Positions 60,427 through 64,000 of a DNA stretch of 64,000 bases are shown one piece after another. The translations under genes and the position numbers were made by a program. The stretch is from Promethearchaeota archaeon. Its GTDB lineage: Archaea > Asgardarchaeota > Lokiarchaeia > Sigyniarchaeales > SOKP01. The stretch is taken from positions 92,912 through 156,911 of the forward strand of contig JAHLWP010000005.1 in NCBI GenBank assembly GCA_019057865.1. Direction: 5' to 3'. Below the pieces are notes generated by a model, which was not told the DNA's origin, did not search any database, and saw only the letters and a program-made list of their open reading frames with translations. Each line of letters starts with the position of its first letter. Position 1 is the first letter of the stretch.

Positions 60427-63400
60427 TTAAATCAATTTACTCTTTAAAGAATTTATATGATTTTTAATCGATTCTGTTATTGGAATTTCATTCAATCCAT
60501 GCTGATTTATAATTTGTAATGCTTCTTCGTACAATTTCAATGCATCTGAATAATTTCCTAGGGTGTAATAAATTTCCCCGATGTAATTTAAGTCACTAAC
60601 TTTTTTTTCAAAATCAAATAGTTGATCATCAATTTTTAAAGCGTCTTCATAATATTTTAGCGCTTCCGTATAATTTTCTGAAAGGTAAGATGTAAATCCG
60701 AGATTGCTAAGATCTATAGATTTTCCAGGTATGTTGTTTAAAATTTCGTCTATTCTAAGTGCTTCCTTATAATACTTCAACGCCTCGATATTACTTCCTT
60801 GAACCCTATATAAAAGTCCTATGTTGTTGAGAATAAAAACTTCCAAAGAAAGCTCCTTTGCTTTTCTAGCAGAGGAAAGAGCTCTTTTGTATAGTTCCAA
60901 AGCCACTGGATATTCATACCCCTCAAAATAAGCCCATCCAGCATCATTAAGAATTGTAGCTTTTCTAGTAAAGTCTCCTAATTGATCATATGTTTTGCAC
61001 ACTTCTTCTAACAGATTTGATGCTTTAGTATAATTTCCATATATGAAATGAATAACAGTAATATATTCAAGATTCATGGCTTTTGAGGTCAGTACATTTA
61101 ATTGCTCAGCGATCTGAAGTGATTTCTCGAATGATTTCAAAGCAACAGGATAATTCTTTTGGTCCATATAAATCCGCCCAATATTGTAAAGTGGTTGTAT
61201 CTTCATTGACAAAATTCCTAATTTTTCAACAATTTGGAGTACTTCTTCGAAATTTTTTAACGCATCGTTATGATTATTTTGAAAATAGCGAATTATTCCT
61301 ATGCTGTTAATTAATTGTCCTTTTAGCAATAAATTATTTAATTGTCTAACGAATAGGAGTGCTTTTTCGAAATATTTTAACGCTTCAATAATGTTGTTTT
61401 GTGCCATATAAAGCTCACCAATATTTTTTAAACTAACAGCTTTTCCCAATAAAAAATTTGTTTGTTCTATTATTTTGACGGCACTTTCAAAACAATTTAA
61501 TGCCTCGACAAATTTCCCTATTGTTGTATAAATTTCCCCGATATTATTAAGGCGAATCACTTCCCCCTTTAAATCATGTAATCTCTTATCAATCTGAAGA
61601 GCATCCTTGAAACATTTTAAAGCCTCTGGAAATTTTTTCTGTGTCTTATAAATTCCTCCGATATTATTAAGACACATTGCTTTCAATTCTAAATTCTTCA
61701 ATTTTTCAGCAATACGGAGTGATTCTTCAATAAATTTCAGCGCTTCGGAATATTTCCCTATTGTAGCATAAACCATTCCTATATTATTAAGGCGAGAGCC
61801 TTTACCAGATAAATTTTCCAATTTTCCATCAATAGTAAGCGCTTCTTCCAATTTTTTAAGCGCTTCGGAGTAGTCTCCTTGATCAAAGTGAATTTGTCCG
61901 ATATGATTAAGCGATTGTGCTTTAATATGCAAATTTTTTAATTGGTTTGCAATTTTAAGTGCTTTTTCGTATATTTCCATTGCCTTTTTATAATTCCCTT
62001 GAGTGTAGTATACTTGTCCTATGTTATTAAATGTTTGGGCTTTCCCAGATAAATCGCTCAATTGCTCGGAGATCTGACAAGCTACATTGAACCATTTAAG
62101 AGCTTCAGGATAATTTCCTTCAGCGTTGTATATCAGCCCAATATTATTAAGAATGACTGATTTTTCTAATAAATCATCCAATTTTTCATTAATTTGGAGA
62201 GCTTCTTCAAACTTTTTTAATGCTTCGGGATAATTCCTTTGAACTCTATGAATCTCTCCGATATTGTTAAGACAAGTGGCTTTTCCCTTTAAATCATCTA
62301 ATTTTTCGTCTATATTAATAACTTCTTCATAACATTTTAACGCTTTTTCATAGTTCCCTTGTACATAATGTATCCCTCCGATGTTATTAAGACAAGCAGA
62401 TTGAACGTCTAAGAGATTTCTTTGAGATGCGATATAAAACGCTTCTTCAATTCTTTCCAACGCTTCAAGATATTTATCTTGAGACATATAAATTCTTCCA
62501 ATGTTATTAAGTACTTTCGCTCTCATTATTTGGTCACTTTCTTGCTCTGCTATGGAAAGTACTGCTTCTCCACATCTCATCGCATCTTTATATCTATCTA
62601 AATCAAAATAAATTTTATGGGGAATTAACTTTTTACTAATCACACTTGGAAATTTTATATTATTCTGGAACCATTCTATAGGATTTAGTGAAAAATCAAC
62701 GTTGCTAATTTCTGGCTTATTTTCTAAAAGATCACGGATTAACTTTGTAGTATTTGCGTCTACGCGATATACATTAGCTTCATTATTCATTTGTTTAATA
62801 TCTACAAGAATTTGATCTATTTTATCTAATTCTTGAAGTTGCTCTACATCAAATTCGTAAATTTCTTCTTTTTCTCCTACTTTCTTGTTATGTTTAATCC
62901 AAATAACATTCCGGAGGTTTTTTAATACCTTTAATGTAGGTCCTATATCGAAATCGTCGCTACCAGAATACCCGATTATTACCAGAGAGCGACCATTTGA
63001 AATGTTATCAAACAAGGGACGTTTGAAAGGTTCCACTTGAAACACGTTTAATCCCTCTTTGTTGGAACCGAACGCCTGAATGGTGACAACCAGCGAATCT
63101 CTTGTGTTCTCACCCGTAATCGTGTTTTTAGTCGAGCCGTGAATCTTATACAATGCCTTTTTTCCGTGTTCAAATATTTCGTTTGGATTGCAATACTTTT
63201 GAAAATCCTCTTTAGTGATGACTGGAGTAATATCTTCCTCGGGAACATCGGATTGTTGGAGAGCGTATTCTATTAAAAAGTCAAAATTTGTTGTCATAAC
63301 GAAATGTCCTTTTGTGATCATTTCAGCAAGAAAAAAATGCTGATAGTTTGGCTTATCGCATTGACTATAATAATCTATGATTTTAAGCTCCGGATCTAAT

Positions 63401-63624
63401 TGATCCCTAACAATTTCTACAAGTTGCTCGAAGCGTAATTCCTCTAAGTCCAAAATTTTTTCAATTTCTGATCTATCGCATGTATAATTAATGATCGCAT
63501 CCATCATTGGCTTACCAGCAGGCAGACATGATGGAGGATCAATCGAGCACCCAGCACCCACTAAAAAGGTTAATTTTGCGTCTGGGGTGAATAAATCTTT
63601 TATCGCTAGGTTTGTAAGCTTCAT
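60427..63624 (-). CDS. SIR2-like domain plus long TPR array
   Basis: FLVGAGCS, TTNFD, KIHGS and IGYSGSD, followed by ~17 40-aa TPR units (LNNIG.IY...G.Y.EAL). Confidence 0.92.
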   Translation of the reverse strand: MKLTNLAIKDLFTPDAKLTFLVGAGCSIDPPSCLPAGKPMMDAIINYTCDRSEIEKILDLEELRFEQLVEIVRDQLDPELKIIDYYSQCDKPNYQHFFLAEMITKGHFVMTTNFDFLIEYALQQSDVPEEDITPVITKEDFQKYCNPNEIFEHGKKALYKIHGSTKNTITGENTRDSLVVTIQAFGSNKEGLNVFQVEPFKRPLFDNISNGRSLVIIGYSGSDDFDIGPTLKVLKNLRNVIWIKHNKKVGEKEEIYEFDVEQLQELDKIDQILVDIKQMNNEANVYRVDANTTKLIRDLLENKPEISNVDFSLNPIEWFQNNIKFPSVISKKLIPHKIYFDLDRYKDAMRCGEAVLSIAEQESDQIMRAKVLNNIGRIYMSQDKYLEALERIEEAFYIASQRNLLDVQSACLNNIGGIHYVQGNYEKALKCYEEVINIDEKLDDLKGKATCLNNIGEIHRVQRNYPEALKKFEEALQINEKLDDLLEKSVILNNIGLIYNAEGNYPEALKWFNVACQISEQLSDLSGKAQTFNNIGQVYYTQGNYKKAMEIYEKALKIANQLKNLHIKAQSLNHIGQIHFDQGDYSEALKKLEEALTIDGKLENLSGKGSRLNNIGMVYATIGKYSEALKFIEESLRIAEKLKNLELKAMCLNNIGGIYKTQKKFPEALKCFKDALQIDKRLHDLKGEVIRLNNIGEIYTTIGKFVEALNCFESAVKIIEQTNFLLGKAVSLKNIGELYMAQNNIIEALKYFEKALLFVRQLNNLLLKGQLINSIGIIRYFQNNHNDALKNFEEVLQIVEKLGILSMKIQPLYNIGRIYMDQKNYPVALKSFEKSLQIAEQLNVLTSKAMNLEYITVIHFIYGNYTKASNLLEEVCKTYDQLGDFTRKATILNDAGWAYFEGYEYPVALELYKRALSSARKAKELSLEVFILNNIGLLYRVQGSNIEALKYYKEALRIDEILNNIPGKSIDLSNLGFTSYLSENYTEALKYYEDALKIDDQLFDFEKKVSDLNYIGEIYYTLGNYSDALKLYEEALQIINQHGLNEIPITESIKNHINSLKSKLI

Positions 63625-63868
63625 TATTTAGATTTCGTATGAACAAAATTCCATTAAAATAAAAATTAGCAAGACTCTATTTAACATTTTTGGCTTGTGA
63701 CATATGATCTTGGGTCAGAAGACAAAATAGGTTAGGTTTATCATATAGATGATAACTAGTTCAATCTTCTTTTTCTTTCCCATATACCAGATTAGGGTAT
63801 ATGCTTCCAAATTCCGGAATTATTCAAGATCTTCTAGTTCTTCATCTTCTTTTTCCCATTCATCTTTT

Positions 63869-63934
63869 AATCTTCTTACTTTTGCTTTAGTTTTTTCAAA
63901 GGAATTTTCATCGAAATCAGACTCTGAATTTACC
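63869..63934 (+). repeat. Imperfect direct repeat, copy 2
   Basis: Shares core ttttcaaagga..ttca..gaaat.agactctgaatttacc with copy 1. Confidence 0.85.
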
Positions 63935-64000
63935 ATTCATGAAATTTTGGGTAGTTACAAAACCCAGTGATGGGTTTTAAATCTTTCGATATCTGCTTTT

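Noticed and set aside
60500-62600. CRISPR-like or DGR-like periodic repeats
   Set aside because: The 120-nt periodicity is the coding TPR array; no spacers or reverse transcriptase are present.
4174-63248. Other short ORFs nested in or antisense to long genes
   Set aside because: They overlap well-supported CDSs and have no motifs.
53265-63624. Functional link between nadE and the SIR2 NADase
   Set aside because: nadE lies outside the island among host-like genes; proximity alone is not evidence.
63749-63970. 73-aa Ser/Phe-rich plus-strand ORF
   Set aside because: Antisense shadow of a Glu/Lys-rich minus-strand fragment.

Overview
Very AT-rich archaeal chromosomal segment. Gene content and protein style suggest an Asgard archaeon of Lokiarchaeia type (inference, no search run). 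The first ~55 kb is mostly metabolism and housekeeping: A/V-ATPase C and K subunits, a DUF47/VIT1 cluster, a 2-hydroxyacyl-CoA dehydratase activator with three HGD-D subunits, GT4/GH130/GH13, glmS-nagB-glmM, an FAD oxidoreductase/Fe-S/FGGY kinase operon, purC and purSQL, membrane proteins with RGG or FG-GAP repeats, PadR-Hsp20, E1 alpha/beta, zupT, an orphan adenine methyltransferase and nadE. The last ~9 kb is a decaying accessory/defence-like island: a frameshifted CD-NTase-like gene, a VapBC pair, pseudogenes, and a SIR2-TPR gene flanked by ~66-bp direct repeats. The main finding is absent from the ORF track. At 45117-45307 a CdrS/aCcr1-like ribbon-helix-helix regulator gene is interrupted by a 32-nt stop-containing insert that folds into a relaxed bulge-helix-bulge. 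Cutting at the canonical tRNA-endonuclease positions restores the reading frame exactly, so this is a candidate spliced mRNA intron in an Asgard transcription factor. No rRNA, tRNA or CRISPR array was recognised.
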